A stretch of DNA of 63,737 bases, filler included, from Reclinomonas americana ATCC 50394 (lineage: Eukaryota), in assembly GCA_048213135.1 (NCBI GenBank). It is 10 parts of 8 records of this genome, joined end to end, with 100 filler letters (N's around TTAATTAATTAA, not from the genome) between each part and the next. Parts side by side here need not be neighbours in the genome. Positions count along the whole stretch, not along the records: positions 13,146 to 14,531 come from PS015987.1; positions 14,632 to 24,095 come from PS015987.1; positions 24,196 to 26,470 come from PS015987.1; positions 26,571 to 33,016 come from PS015988.1; 6 more parts are not named here. The stretch is one strand, 5' to 3'. The number at the start of each line of letters is the position of its first letter. Within the stretch, counting starts at the first letter, position 1. This document shows, in pieces, positions 13,233 through 28,901 of the stretch. The position numbers were made by a program, and so were the translations under genes. The notes under the pieces are model-generated. The model saw nothing but the letters and a program-made list of their open reading frames with translations, was not told the origin of the DNA and did not search any database.

Positions 13233-13682
13233 GCTACGTCGACTAAGGGTGGAGGAGTCAGTGCCGCCCTAGCACATTCTGCTTCATGACCAAGTAACTT
13301 GCTGAGCATCGTACCAGTGATCACCGTCAGTAAAGTGGTGAGAGGCAGCGATGGAGGGAGACGGTGGAGCAGCCCAGCGCTTCTTCCAAACGTCCGGCTC
13401 AAGCAACCGACGACTTCGCCTACAATGAGACTGCTATTCGATATTGATTGCACGTCGAGATATCGAAATCTGCTTTTGTTTCACGACGCCTCAAGCCAAC
13501 AACCCTGCACCCCTCTCCAGCCATTCTCCTACCACCTTTATCGCCCACACTCGACGCCACTTTACCCGCCGCACAACCCACCACAAAACCGGACACGTGC
13601 ACAAACACGACAGCTTTTCTCTCTCTTGCCGGAAACCACCTATCTGCCCACATCTTTGACTCAACGTCGACACGCGCACGCC

Positions 13683-15564
13683 ATGACAAGCATCACAGAC
13701 AACACATCAGAGGCTCTCCGCTCAACGCGGTGCTTTGTGGCCAAACTCGCGGGTGAGATCGCTCACTATCTCCTCAAACACGCGTGCGCTCACTGCACGC
13801 GTGTGTGTGTGCAGGCAAGACCGATGAACACTCACTGCGAAAGCACATGGAACGTTGCGTCTCTCTCTCACTCTCTCCCTCACTCTCTTCCCTTTCTCAT
13901 CTTGCATGCATGCATTCATGACAGAGACCGGAACAGTTGTTCGAGTATCTCTCAAACGCGACGAGCAAGGCAACTCTTTGCGTTACGCGTGCGTCACTGA
14001 CTCACTCGCTCGCTCGCTCACTGTCTGCCTCTGTCACTCTGTCTTTTTTGCGCTGACCTCGCGCGCAGAATCGTCAAGTTCACGACGCCGGACGAAGCCG
14101 ACGCGGCGGTGCGCGAGCTGCACGGAAGCATGCTCGATGGGCGGTGCATTGTGGTGGCCGAGGTACTTCTTGCGCAGAACGAGGCCTCGCCTTCTGCTGC
14201 ATAGCTTTCTCCTTTTCCTTCTGCTTTTCTTCCGCTTCGCCTTATCATTTCGCATTTCCTTCTCCTTTCCTTCAGCTTCGCCTTCTGCCTCCTTTCTGTT
14301 TCGCCTTCTTCTTCGTCTTGTGCTTCGTCTTGTGCTTTCCTCTCTCTCTCTCTTTACCGTGCTTTTCCGTGCTTTCCCGTGCATTCTCGTGCATTCTCGT
14401 GGTTTCTCTTGCTTTCTCTTGCTTCCTCTTGCTTCTTCTGTACTTCCTCTTACTTCCTCTTACTTCCTCTTACTTCCCCTTCTCCCTTCCCTCTTCCCCT
14501 TCCCCTTCCCCTTCCCCTTCCCCTTCTCCTTNNNNNNNNNNNNNNNNNNNNNNNNNNNNNNNNNNNNNNNNNNNNTTAATTAATTAANNNNNNNNNNNNN
14601 NNNNNNNNNNNNNNNNNNNNNNNNNNNNNNNCCCTTTCCCTTCCCCTTCCCCTTTCTCCCCTTCTCCTTCCCTCCTCACCCTTCCCCTTTCTCCCCTTCT
14701 CCCTCCCCTCCTCACCCATTCCCCTTGTGCTCCCAGGACAAGCACAAACCGGTCAAGCCCAATCCCCCGCGAGTGCGCCGGGCGCAACAACCGCCGGCCG
14801 AGAGTGCGGCAGCAGCCAATGTCGAGCAGCAACCGCGACTGCCCGACTATACAATCGCCGACACGCACGCGCTGCTGGTCACGCGCAGGCCGGAAGAGCT
14901 GGACGAATGGGTGCGCCGCGAAGTGCTCGACAAGGGAGTGCGCGCGGTGGGCATGGACACGGAGAGCAAGCCCTCGTGGCGCGTCGGCGAGCGCAATCAG
15001 CTGGCCGTGCTGCAGCTGGCCACCGAGTCGTCGGCGTGTGTCGCACAGGTCATTGACATGTCGGTGCTGCCGCCGGCCACTGTCGAGTTGCTCGCCTCGC
15101 CCGCCATTCTCAAGCTCGTCTTCTCCAACACCGACTCCTCGGAGCTCTCGGATCGCTTTGGCGCGCAGCTGAATGGTGCGTTTGACGTGCAGCGGGAGGA
15201 GGGCGAGGAGCACGGTACACGGTGAGTCCTTTCTTGTATTCAGACCCTCCGGAGGGGGAATAGAGCTGACTGTGGTGTCGACGGGCAGCGCGAGAGCGGC
15301 GCTCAAGAAGCTGGTGCCGCAGTATCTCGGACTGACGCTCTTCAAGATCAAGAGCGTGCAGGTATCGAACTGGGGCCGCTGGCCGCTGAGTGCCGCGCAG
15401 GTTTGGATGCCCCCTGTTTTATGCATATCTTTCTCTTTCTCTGCTAACATGGGTGCTGGCAGGCCTCGTATGCAGCGTGCGACGCCGCCGTGCTGCTTCC
15501 TCTGGCGGCGGCCGCGTGCCCCACCAGACTCACCGACGCGCTGCAGGCGCTTCCCAGCATCTAA
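13683..15564 (+). CDS. RRM domain + DEDDy 3'-5' exonuclease (WRN-exo/EXD-like) protein
   Basis: The RRM exons in 13683-14162 give RNP2 CFVAKL and RNP1 LRYAIVKF. After the spacer gap, exons from 14737 give ExoI VGMDTE.KP, LAVLQLAT, SNWGRWPLS and ExoIII YAACDA. Phases are compatible (0/0) across the gap. Confidence 0.75.
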
Positions 15565-15585
15565 TAAACCACGCAGACAATGTGT

Positions 15586-17301
15586 TCACCTCTCCGCCTC
15601 ACCCTCGCCAAGTAATATAAAGCACCAGCCGAGCGCCTCCAGCAGTTCCTCCTCCGACATCATCGCCTTCACCTCGTCGTCCACCTTGTCGAAAAAGAAG
15701 GCGCTCTCGTCGAGCCACCCCACGCCGCCGTTTCCCATGCCACACAGCGCGTGTGTGTCCTCGTCGGCGCCGCGACCGTGCGGGTCGACCACAAACAGTT
15801 CCCACTTGTCGGTCCAGCGGGAGCCGCCAATGCCGACCACGAGGCCGCCGCCGATGGCCAGGGCCAGGAGGCCTGTGGGGGAAAAGGGAAAGGGGTGAAG
15901 GGGGAGGGGAAGGGGGAAAGAAGGGGAAGGGGGTGAGGGATGAGGGAAGGGTGATTGAAGGGGGGAAGTCGGGGAAGAAAGGGGGGAAGGTGGGGAAGGG
16001 GGGAAGAGAGGAAGGGGTGAGGGAAGGGGGAGAAGAGGGGAAGAGGGACGAGGAAGGCTGAGGGATGAGGGAAGAGGGTGATTGAAGGGGAGAGACGGGG
16101 AAAGGAAGGGAAGTGAGAAAAAGAGAGAAGAGAAGCGTGGGACAGTGGGGAAGGGCGGAAGAGGGAAGATGGACGAGAAAAATGGGAAACGAAAGAGAAT
16201 AGAAAAACACAATGAACACACACGAGCACAATTACGCGAGAACAACGAGGCAAGGAAGTAGAGGAAGCAGCCATACCGTGCACGGCAAAGTGTTCCGCCA
16301 GGGCCTCGCAGACTTGACGACGGGAGGACCAGTCGCGCACATGGAGGGTGCGGAGGAGGCGGAGGGAGGGAGTGGAGTTGGCGAGAAAGGTGGTGAGGTG
16401 GTCGAGGGAGGCTGATGAAGGAAGGGGAAAGAGGGGAAGAAGAGGGGAATGAGGAAATGAGGGAAGAAGAAGGGAGAGACAGCTCTCGTCTCTTTCACAG
16501 CCTGGCCTTTCTTTCTCTGTCTTTCTGTTTCTCAGTGTGAGTGTGTCTCTCGTTTCCTCTGTTCCTCCTCTCTCCAAATCCCTTTCTTTTGCTTCTCTCT
16601 CTGGTTGTGTGTGTGTGTGTCTCTCTCTTCTCTCTATCTCGCTCGTTCTGTCTCGCTTGGTCTGCCTTCTTGTCACTTTGCCTCCCTGTATTGCTGTTTC
16701 TCAGTGTCTCTCTCTCTCTCCATTCCTCTTTCGCTCCTCCGTCTCTCTCCCTTCCTGTCCCCTTTCCCTCTCTCTGGTGCACTGTCTCTCACACAGGCTG
16801 CAATTCCTCTCTATCTCGCGTTTCCCTTGCGCTTCTTGCATCCCCGATGCTTCCCAGTCGAGTCTGCGCGCCATCCTGAGTGACCACCGATCTCCAACGG
16901 TCTTTCCTCGCCATGCTATCTCTTGCCATCCTCTTCACCTGTTCCTCATCTGTCAGTCTCTTCCTCCCCTTTGCTTGATCTGCACTTGGTTCTTCTCACT
17001 CTCTCAGCTGAGACTTTCTCCGAAGGGAGAGAGCTACTGTCCTCAAGTGAGACAACTCGGGCGAATGGACTCTCCTTCTCCTTGCCCCCCTCCCTCCCCT
17101 CTCCCTCCCTCTACTCACCCCAATGTCCCCAGCACACCGGCTCACTGCCCTCCTCCACTCGCAGCTCATTCATCCGATCAATCATGCAAGCAATGCTCGG
17201 TATCGCGCATCGCCTATCATCCTCTCCGTCCCCTTCTTCTTCCTCATGCACCAACACCTGACTCAGCAGCGCTTGCACTGTGCGATAGCCACATCCCCAG
17301 C
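15586..17301 (-). CDS. UFM1-specific peptidase (peptidase C78, UFSP1/2-like); 5' exon(s) not located
   Basis: Catalytic Cys box GWGCGYRTVQ (17301-17270). The middle exon ..ALAEHFAVHG joins LLALAIGGG, and the last exon carries the catalytic VVDPH and a G.GW motif. Confidence 0.8.
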
Positions 17302-17443
17302 CTGAGAGAGAGAGAGAGAGTGAGAGAGAGGGACAGAGAAAGAGAGAGAGAAGAGAGGGAGGGATAGAGAGAGAGAGAGAGAGAGAAGGAGGAGATGCCA
17401 TGGTGGAAGTAGGGAGAGAGAGAGACTGAAGGGGGAGAGAGAG

Positions 17444-17574
<131 letters not shown>

Positions 17575-18513
17575 NNNNNNNNNNNNNNNNNNNNGATGTT
17601 GATATCGATGTGACGGACACTCTGAACGTTGCCTGGAGGTGGGATGTAGTGGAAAGGCAAGCGCAGTGTACAGTGGTGTGGGCGACACAGAGAGAGCAAC
17701 ACCAGACGACGAGCGTTTCTTTTCCGAGATATTGATTTCACCCAGAAGTTGATCATGATGAACTCTGTCACGACGGCTGCAAATGCAGCGCGAAGGAGAC
17801 GATGTAGGATGTGGTGGAGAAGCATGCGCAGTGTGCAGTGGTGTGGGTGCCACAGAGAGAGCAACACCAAGCGATGAGTGTTTCTTTTTCCGAAGATATC
17901 GAAACGTTAACTACAAAACTGAAAAACTGATATCATGATGAACTCGCGCGCTCATGACGACTGCAGCACAGCAGCGCCCGTGGGACACGGCGAGACATAT
18001 CGGGCAGTGGTGGAAATGCAACGCGGTGTGTGATGGTGAGGTGTTTCAGCTGTGGAAGCCGAGAACGAGTATCCAGAGATATATCGATATCGAAAACTGC
18101 CCACCTCTCTTTCCTCGCGCTAGTTTCGTCACAGTCGTCTCGAACCCCTCCGAGGCTTGCATCTACGCGTGCGTGCTGGAGCCAGCACAGGCACTGCTGA
18201 GTGATTGCGATTGCAATCAATGTGCAAAACCGGTGTTTCCGCACACACTTCCAAACACTCACTCACACACACTCACACTCACTCTCACTCTCCCTTCCAC
18301 CACCTCCCTCCACCTCCGCTCCCCTTCTCCTTCCGCCGTGAACCTCCTTCAAATTTGCCTGTTCTCAACCACCACGATGTGACACCCATCACCACCGCCC
18401 ATCACCCACCGCCTCGCAGACCGTTTTTGATCGCCTTCGTTTAGCCGCTGAACAGCGCACACGCACACACACTCAGCAACAAGAGAGCACAAGCACAGTC
18501 TCAGTCTCTTCAC

Positions 18514-21500
18514 ATGCTGTCGGCCTCTTCGCGCGCGACCGACAGCGTGCCGGCAGTGGCCGCCCATCGTGGTAAGGAGTTGGACGACACACGGAGAGAC
18601 GCGTGCCTTGTGCGTCACACTCACTCACTCACTCCCTCACACAGGCGCCTCTCGTCTCAGCGACATTGCGCAGCTGCGTGCCAGTGGCGGCTCCACTGCC
18701 ACTGCGGCCGCTGCTGCCCGCTCGCGCAGTGTGTCTCCGAGCAACAATGGAGGAGGCGCGCCTCTGGTCGTCTATCATCGCCTGACGCACCATCCGCGTG
18801 AGGAAGCCACTCAACAACAGCAACAGCAGCAACAGCAACAGTTCTATCAGGCACAGCATGCGCATACGGACCTGTTTCCTGAGCGACCAGTGTTCACAGG
18901 CAGTGGAGGCGGTGTGATGAAACCGATGCGAACACCCTCTCCGATCAAACAGCCACGCGCAGGTTCACAACAGCAGCAGCATGTGGGAGTGGAGGACTCG
19001 AGTGATGAGGGACCACGGCCGATGCCTCCCTCGCGCGGTGCAAGGGGAAAAATCGCGAACGGGCTGGGCGTGGAGCCGCATGTGGCGTACAGAGCGCGAT
19101 CGTCGTCGCCGCCTGCGGTCTCGTCGGCCTCGCGTCGTGGTGTCGGCAGTGCCACGGCCGGCATTGAGATGTTGATGAAGCAGCGCAAGGATGCGTTGTT
19201 GTCGGCGCTGGTGGAGGCCGCGCGACAGCATCACTATCCGCACACGAAAAAGACGGCGCCGGTGCCGCAGTACTTGCAGCAACAGCAGCAGCAGAAACAG
19301 CAGCAGCAACAGCAGCCGGGTTCGAGTAGTGGCGTGCGGCAGCGACCGTCGGTGCCGACGCTGATGCGGGACAGCTCCCCGCCGCCGCTGATTCAGTGGA
19401 GACATGCGACGGACAAGGAGAAGGGCGCGGCGAAGGAGGTGGCGGTGGCGTCCAGTTTGCCCGCTCCGGTAAGTTCGGAATGGGGAGAGGGAGAAAGGGA
19501 GAAGGAGATGGAGAAGGAGAAGGGGAAAAGGAGAAGAGACGGAGAAGAGGGAGAGGGAGAGCCGGTTGAGGTGGAAGAGGAGAGGTTGCCACGGTGTGTG
19601 CGTGAGAAATCTGCAAGAGATTGAGAAAGAGAAGGGCTGCGAGTGGACAGGGAGAGAGAGAGAGATATGTCGTGTGTGCGCATGCGTCTTTGCGTGACTG
19701 CGAGAGAAAGAGAAACAGGGAGGAGCTGCAATGTGAGAGAGAGGACGGAGAGAGATAGGGAAAGAGAGAGAGAGAGACGGAGAATGGAGAAACAGCATGA
19801 GAGAGAGAGAGAGACAGAATGAAAGAACGCAGGAATTAGAAGAAGAAAGGAGAGTGTGTGTGTGCGCGGCTGCACTCTGCGAGAGATTGAGGAAGAGAAA
19901 GGGGTGCGAGTGGACAGAGAGAGAGAGAGAAGGAAGCAGAAGTTGACAGGGATGCTGTGGCAGGTGCATTATACCTTGACGTGTGCACGAAATCATGCGA
20001 GAAGGATACAGAGAAAAAGAAAGAGAGAAGGCGAATGAACAGCGGAAGAGAGAAAGAAGCGTAGCTCGACGCATGTTCCACTGTGCGGGCAGAAAGAAAG
20101 AGTGAAGGAGAGTGAGAGAGAGCAGGAATCATGGCTTATGCAAAGTGCCTCTGCGTACGAGGAGAATAGGAGGAGTCCAGATACTGCAAGCTGCAACAGA
20201 TTGTGGGTCGTTGCAGATAGGTGGAGAGAGTAAGAATGGCAACTCGATGCTGGTTTTCTCAGATCTCCTTCACATATCCCCCTCAACCATTCTCACATTC
20301 ACTGTCTCTCACAAACGAGGATTCGACTCAATCTCCTCTCATATTTTCCTTTTTCTTTGTACAAGTCTCGCTATCCTCCATTTCGTCGCTTCTCCCACTT
20401 CTCCCCTCCCGTTTTCGGATCCTCACCTGCTTTTCTCCGCCCCCCTCGCCTCGTTGTCCTCTGTTCTCCCCCCTTCTTTCTCTTGCTTCTGCTCTCTTCC
20501 TTTCCTCCCTTTTTCTCTCCTTGCCTCCCTTCCTCCCTTTTCCCCTCCCTTTCTCCTTGCACCCTCCCTTTCTCAGTCCCCTACTCTCCTTTTCTTCCCT
20601 TTCCTCCCTTCCCCCTCTCTGCTCCCTTTCCTCACCTCCCTTGCCTCATTACCCTCTTTGCAGAACCGCTCCACCCCTGAACCACTCGCCCGCACCGCCC
20701 CACCCGCCACGATGGCCTCCGCCAAGGCGCACCACCAGCACCACCAGCAGTCGCTCTCCATGTCGCACTCGCCGTCGCCGTCACCATCGCCTTCACCCTC
20801 TCCGCCACCAGTACCGGCGTCGCTGCCGCAAAAGGCCAATCAATCAAACATACGGCCATTAACGCAACAACAGTCGCCATCACTACCACCTGCAGCGGCG
20901 TCGAACAATTACCAACAGTACCAGCAGCAGCAACAACACAAACAACAGCAACAGCAACAGCAGCCAAGGCACCAGTCTTCCGGAGCAGCCAACGCACCGC
21001 AACAGCAGCAGCAGCAATCCGCCCTCTTTGCCGCCCAGCAACCACCGCAGCAGCAGTCGCCGTTTTACTACCCACCGCGCAACACGCCGCAGCCACTGAC
21101 CGGCGGCGAGGACAATCCCATATCATTACCGCGCGCCACCTCGCCCAAGCGTCGCGTCTCGCTGGTGCCCGTACAAGTCGCCGACAAGTCGACCTCATTA
21201 GCCGGCGCTCGGCGGCGGCCCTCTGCTGCACCACTCATTCCCGGCTCGCCCTCTCGCGCCGGTCGCGGCAGTCCGCCACCACAAGGAGGAGGAGGGCATT
21301 TGCCACCGGCGGTTCTCGGCTCGCACCAGCACTCACTGACGTACCCACCACCGCCACCACTGTCGCTGCCACAGCCGGGACCGCTGACTGCCGAGCAACT
21401 GACGGCCGCGCACCCCACGCCACTGAACACACGGGCGCGCAATCGTGCCATCTCTTCGTGGTTGGAGACAGTTCCACAGTTCGACATGCACCGTCTGATT

Positions 21501-21881
21501 GCCAGCGAGCCGGGCAGCAGTTACCTGATGGACCGACGACTGATGCCGAATTCCGACGAGCCAAACTCGCCGCGCGGTTCGGAGATGAGCAGCGAGGCCG
21601 ACTCGCTGGAGATGGCGGCGAACTGGGAGAGCGTCAGTGCAAGGTGTGTGCACGAGAGAGAGAAGAGGTCAAGTAGGCATTCTTGTTCTGACAGCTGTTA
21701 CCGCAGAGGGGCACGAGAGCGAAGGGAAATGCTGCTGGCGGCCGTGAACAGTGCAAGTCACGCCACATTACCGCCCACGAACATTATCCGACCAGACATG
21801 GGACCAGCAGCTGCCGCGACCATGCAAGCAGGAGGTGCAGATCCTTCGAGAGCCTCGCCGCTGCCGCCTTTACGGAGCTAG
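18514..21881 (+). CDS. Hypothetical low-complexity Q/P/S-rich (disordered) protein, ~4 exons
   Basis: Long open exons at ~18645-19468 and ~20664-21643 with polyQ/SP tracts, flanked by GTAAG/GTGTG donors and CAG acceptors. No recognisable domain. Confidence 0.6.
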
Positions 21882-22549
21882 TCGCAGTAGTTGTTGTAGT
21901 GCAGAGTGTAAAACAGAATAGCTGATGAAAATAAGTAGCAAGGTAAAATCACTGGAGGATGAAATACGGACGAAGGAGAGGAAGCACAAGGAACTGTCCG
22001 TTCATTAACTCTCAAGTGTCGAAGAGGCACACACGCGGACACAGAATTCCCCACAAATGACACGCATGGATCGACAGAGGCAACACGCAAAGTACGACAG
22101 CTGAGGAACCAGTGTATGTGACAGAGAGAGGGAGGGAGAGAGAGAATGCGTTACAGGTGCCAAATGATAACAACGAAACCTAGAAATCGAAACACATGCA
22201 CCCAACCTGAGCGTCACAGGCGCAAGTCACCGAGCGAATGCAATCTTTGACAGGCAAAGTACGAAAAGCAGAAACGAGCACATACACCCGGAGAGAGAGC
22301 GTGTGTGCAGACACGACTGGAAGTACGACACACAGAATGGTCAGTGAGTTGTGGGGCCTCGTGCCTCTGACATGCAAAGTACGAAAGGCAGAAATCGACT
22401 GCACAAGGTCAGACGGCGTCACGAAAATTGACACACATCAGAGAAAGAGGCACAAAACGCATCTCACTAACAAGCAAACAGCGACAAACAGACTCACGCT
22501 CTGTGTGAGAAATTCGTCGCTTCGCCGTCCCTCATCCGCCCCCCCCTTC

Positions 22550-23689
22550 TCACCACCCCTCAGCCCTCCACACCACTACCCTCGCGTCCTCCACGATGAA
22601 ACACCGCAAAACCATCTCCACCAGACACCGCTCCTCCTCCCCTCCCGCCTCTGCACGGACAGACTCCCACGCCAACACAGCATCGGACACCTCCCGCGTC
22701 GCCAGTCCACGTGGAGTCGACCACTTTCGCACCGTTTTATCCTCGCCAATACTCAGCACGTGCAAGCCGTCAGCCGAGAACGTTACATCATACACTGGCC
22801 CGTCGTGTCCACGCAGTGCCGCCACCGGCACTGTCGAGCCATCACTCGCCGCAGTGCTCCACACGTAAACGATACCATCGCGCGCGCCCGTCACCACGTG
22901 CCGCTCGTCGGGTGACAGGGCCAGCGACCACACAGGCTCATCGCTGTGAGTGCTCACTGTACGCACAGCGTCTTCCTCCTTCTCGTCACCATCCATGGAC
23001 CACACCAACAGTTCGCCCCTGATGCTGGTGGAGATCACCGCACGCTGCCTCTCCATCACCGCCAGTGCCGACACCCAGTCACGATGCGCGCGACACTGCT
23101 TGACCACTTGCTGCGTGGCCATGGACCACACATGCACCACGCAATCAAAGCCTCCAATCAGCACACACCGACTGTCGGCACTGACCGCCGCCGCTCGCAC
23201 AGCATCCCACGGACCAGTCACACAGTGCAGCAGCTGCCCCGAGGCCATGCTCCACACACACACCATCCCATCGTAGCCTCCACTGACAGCAAACTCACAG
23301 TCGGGCGACACGTCGACCACCACCACCGCATTGGTGTGCTTCTGCATGGCCTCATGCACCTGCGTAAACGACTCCAGTGACCACACACGCACAGAGCAGT
23401 CGGTGAGCCCACTGCCTGAGACGAGGTGGCGTCCAGTGCGCGAGACCGCCAGTGCATGCACTGTGTCGGAGTGACCGCGGAGTTGGTGGACGAGCTGGCC
23501 ACTGCGCGTGCACCACACGTAAACGCACTTGTCTGCGCTGCCGGTGAGTGTGTAACGCCCGTCGGGTGTCACTGTCAGGGAGCAGGCCACGTCGGCGAGG
23601 TGCTGGCGGATCGCAGAATGCATGCGCTCTTTGAAAAGATCGAACGAAGAGTGACCGTTACTTTTGTGGTGTTGTGTGAGCAGAGTCAT
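22550..23689 (-). CDS. WD40-repeat protein, paralogue B (~7 repeats)
   Basis: Single long exon with LRGHSDTVHALAVS..LVSGS..CSVRVW and LRGHDGPVYDVTFSADG..LSIGEDKTVRKW. The C-terminus is VLRCFIVEDARVVVWR. The start may lie in an upstream exon. Confidence 0.88.
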   Translation of the reverse strand: MTLLTQHHKSNGHSSFDLFKERMHSAIRQHLADVACSLTVTPDGRYTLTGSADKCVYVWCTRSGQLVHQLRGHSDTVHALAVSRTGRHLVSGSGLTDCSVRVWSLESFTQVHEAMQKHTNAVVVVDVSPDCEFAVSGGYDGMVCVWSMASGQLLHCVTGPWDAVRAAAVSADSRCVLIGGFDCVVHVWSMATQQVVKQCRAHRDWVSALAVMERQRAVISTSIRGELLVWSMDGDEKEEDAVRTVSTHSDEPVWSLALSPDERHVVTGARDGIVYVWSTAASDGSTVPVAALRGHDGPVYDVTFSADGLHVLSIGEDKTVRKWSTPRGLATREVSDAVLAWESVRAEAGGEEERCLVEMVLRCFIVEDARVVVWRAEGW

Positions 23690-23979
23690 TGGGAGAGGAT
23701 GCAGTCGTTTGTGGGACCGTATGCGGCGTTGCGGCGGGGGTCGTCGGCGACAAGCTTGGAGCAGAGTGAGAGGCGGCAGGTGGAGGGTGAGGCGGAGTGG
23801 GCGGCGAGGAAGGAGGCAATAGGTGTGGAAGGGGAAATTGAAGGAGAAGAGGGAAGGGAAGGGAGGGGAAGGGGGAAGAGGAAGGAGAGGGGAAGTGGGG
23901 AGGAGAAGAGGGAGACAGGCAGAAAGTGGGCAAGTGAGGGCATGCGTGAGCGAGATATGAGACGATGAGTGTGTGTGCG

Positions 23980-24023
<44 letters not shown>

Positions 24024-24506
24024 TGAGAGAGAGAGAGAGAACACATGCTCACGAGGTGATGCAGGAAGGGAAAGGAGTGCGGCTGGTGGGAGAGTNNNNN
24101 NNNNNNNNNNNNNNNNNNNNNNNNNNNNNNNNNNNNNNNTTAATTAATTAANNNNNNNNNNNNNNNNNNNNNNNNNNNNNNNNNNNNNNNNNNNNAGAGA
24201 GAGAGAGAGAGAGAGAGAGAGGTGAGGGAGACAGCTGAATCATCGTGCGACTGTGAGGAAGAGAGAGAGAGAGAGAAATTGTGAGAGAGGCTGAGTGTGA
24301 GCGCACAAGAGATTCCGAGAGACAACACAAGAGAGAGAGAGAGAGAGAGGAGGCACGGAGGGAGAGAGACTTGGTGAACGTGAGACTGCGAGAAGAAGAG
24401 TGATGATGTGTGAAGAATGACTAGAACGGGCGTGAGCGACAGAGAGACAGCTGCAAGCACGCCCTTTCATGCCTCGTGATTCCCTTCTTACCTCCGTCTC
24501 CTGCAG

Positions 24507-25870
24507 GCCTTCCCGACCTCTACCACCTCGTTGTCTCTCGCGCTCGCCGTCTCAACTGCCTCCCACCCGACGCACTCGTATCGGCGCACAGTGCGGTCTC
24601 CGCCGACTCGCTGTACGCACTCATTGGTGCTGTTTTCGATCGTCTGGAGTCGGAACCACAGCAGCAGCAGCAGCAGCAGCAGCAGCGTACAACCCGCCAG
24701 ATGCTCTCCGACAGCTCGGGCAACTCGTCGTCCTCGTCATCGGCCGCGACGGCCACCACACAATCCTCCTCATCGTCGTCGTCCACTGGCAGTCTGTCAT
24801 CGACCTCGTACACACTCGATTCCACATGGTCGTCGTCGTTGGCGGGCACCGTGGGTGGTCGCCGTCTGTCGCCGCTGCAGCCGGCGTCCACGCTGCCGTC
24901 GCGCGCACCGCCTCTGTTGCGTCATCTACCACCCATGACAGTGTCTGTCCCCAGAGGCACTCACGGGTGCATCATTGGCAGCAGATTGTCGACGAGACCA
25001 GCAGCCGCCGCCGCCGTCTCATTTCGCGACATGTACGAAAAGTCACTGGATCCGCGAGAGGCCGACGGCCTGTCGCCGTTTGAGGCCTACCTGCGCCAGC
25101 GCACTGCCGCCGCGGCCGCAGCAGAGCCCGTTGCGCATGAAGCAGTGGGCGCGTATGGCACGCTGGACGCGCAACGCGATGCGCATTTGTTTGGGGAGGA
25201 TGTTGCGGGCGACGAGGAACTCGAGCTGCGACTGCTGAAGAGGCGACTGGCGGAGACATTCTCGGAGATGGATTCGGCGATTGGTGGGGTACGCCAAGAC
25301 ACGGAGACTCTCGACACGTTTGTGTCCTCGGCGCCGCCTCCACTGTACGCACCACCACCCACCGCCGCCTTTTCATTCGAACCACCACCACCTCCATCAT
25401 CACTGTACTCACAACCACCGCCAACCACTACCACCGCCTTTTCGTTCGACATGGAGCCTCCACTCCGAGCGTCGTCATCATTACTGGGAGGAGCCTTCGA
25501 GGACTCGCAGCCGCGCGCCGACGAGCGACTGAAGCTGCTGCTCGACGAGTTCTCGGCGGCCGCCGACGCTGCACTGTCGACGCGGCCGCTGGCGTCGGCG
25601 TTCCTCCTCGGCGACGAGTCGATGGTTTCGTCGTCCAGTTCGGGCGACTCGCCGCCACGCACACCGCCTCCGCCACCGCTGCCACCACGGAGGTCGACGG
25701 CACCGAGTGCACAAGGCCAGCTGGCCTCTGGGTATTTGATGGACGGCGGAGACGATGTGGGGCGGGAGCGCTCCTCCGCCGCACCACTCTCCGCCGCGTC
25801 TATTCTCGAGCGATTACGCGAGTCGGTGCGTGACATTGATCCGACTCTGTGGTCTCCGGGGCCCAAGTGA
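24507..25870 (+). CDS. Hypothetical protein, terminal exon (S/P-rich with short helical segments)
   Basis: About 450 open codons after a pyrimidine tract + CAG acceptor, with coding-like codon usage. Upstream exons are lost in or beyond the gap at 24096-24195. Confidence 0.6.
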
Positions 25871-26655
25871 AGAAGTTTATCCTGGTTGTTTTGCTGTAAG
25901 ATGAGGGAGGAGGGGGGGAAAGGAAGATATATACTGAGCACAGTTTGATCGGCTCCCAGTTAGTGTGACGCGCCAGGCGCTCTGCGCGTTCGAGAAGCAT
26001 ATTCGGGCACAGATTGGTTTCACAACGTGTGCAGTACGCTGGTGCTGTTGTAAACCCATTGAGAATAAACACAAGGTGTGTGAGTGAGAGAGTAGTATTC
26101 AGGGAAGCCGTGCAGCATAAGCATCTGCTGCAGAAGGGCCTTGTCACCTTGACGAACCGAATCCTCATTTTCCACTTGGAGGTGGTGGTCACACGCACGT
26201 CTCGCTGGCTATTGAGTGAGCAGGATATGCATACAAAGGAAAGGGAAAGAGGCAGGGACATTTCTCGCGCACGATGGAGTGTGCTGCAGATTTACAACCA
26301 GCTGCTGGCCGAGTGGTCCACCCTGCAGAACACTGGCAATGCTGGTGATGTGGCTGCTTGTTTACCTTTCATGCCGCGCTTTTCTGTGAGAGGAAGCACA
26401 TGACTTGCTCGGTGAATGCTGCAGTCGAGTTCGGACACTTGAGTGACATGTGTGTGGAGAGAATGAGAAANNNNNNNNNNNNNNNNNNNNNNNNNNNNNN
26501 NNNNNNNNNNNNNNTTAATTAATTAANNNNNNNNNNNNNNNNNNNNNNNNNNNNNNNNNNNNNNNNNNNNCCAGAAAAGAACATCGACAACCGCGAAGCA
26601 ACAAGATGAAGACACACACACACACAAACAAAAAACACGTCTAGGATCAGCAGTA

Positions 26656-28901
<2,246 letters not shown>

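Noticed and set aside
25043..25297. RPEL-like string (LEFLVARNILPK) on the minus strand
   Set aside because: It is antisense to a long coding exon and the RP spacing is wrong; likely chance.
25960..26440. Possible small-exon gene on the plus strand
   Set aside because: I could not join the exons into a consistent frame or recognise a product.
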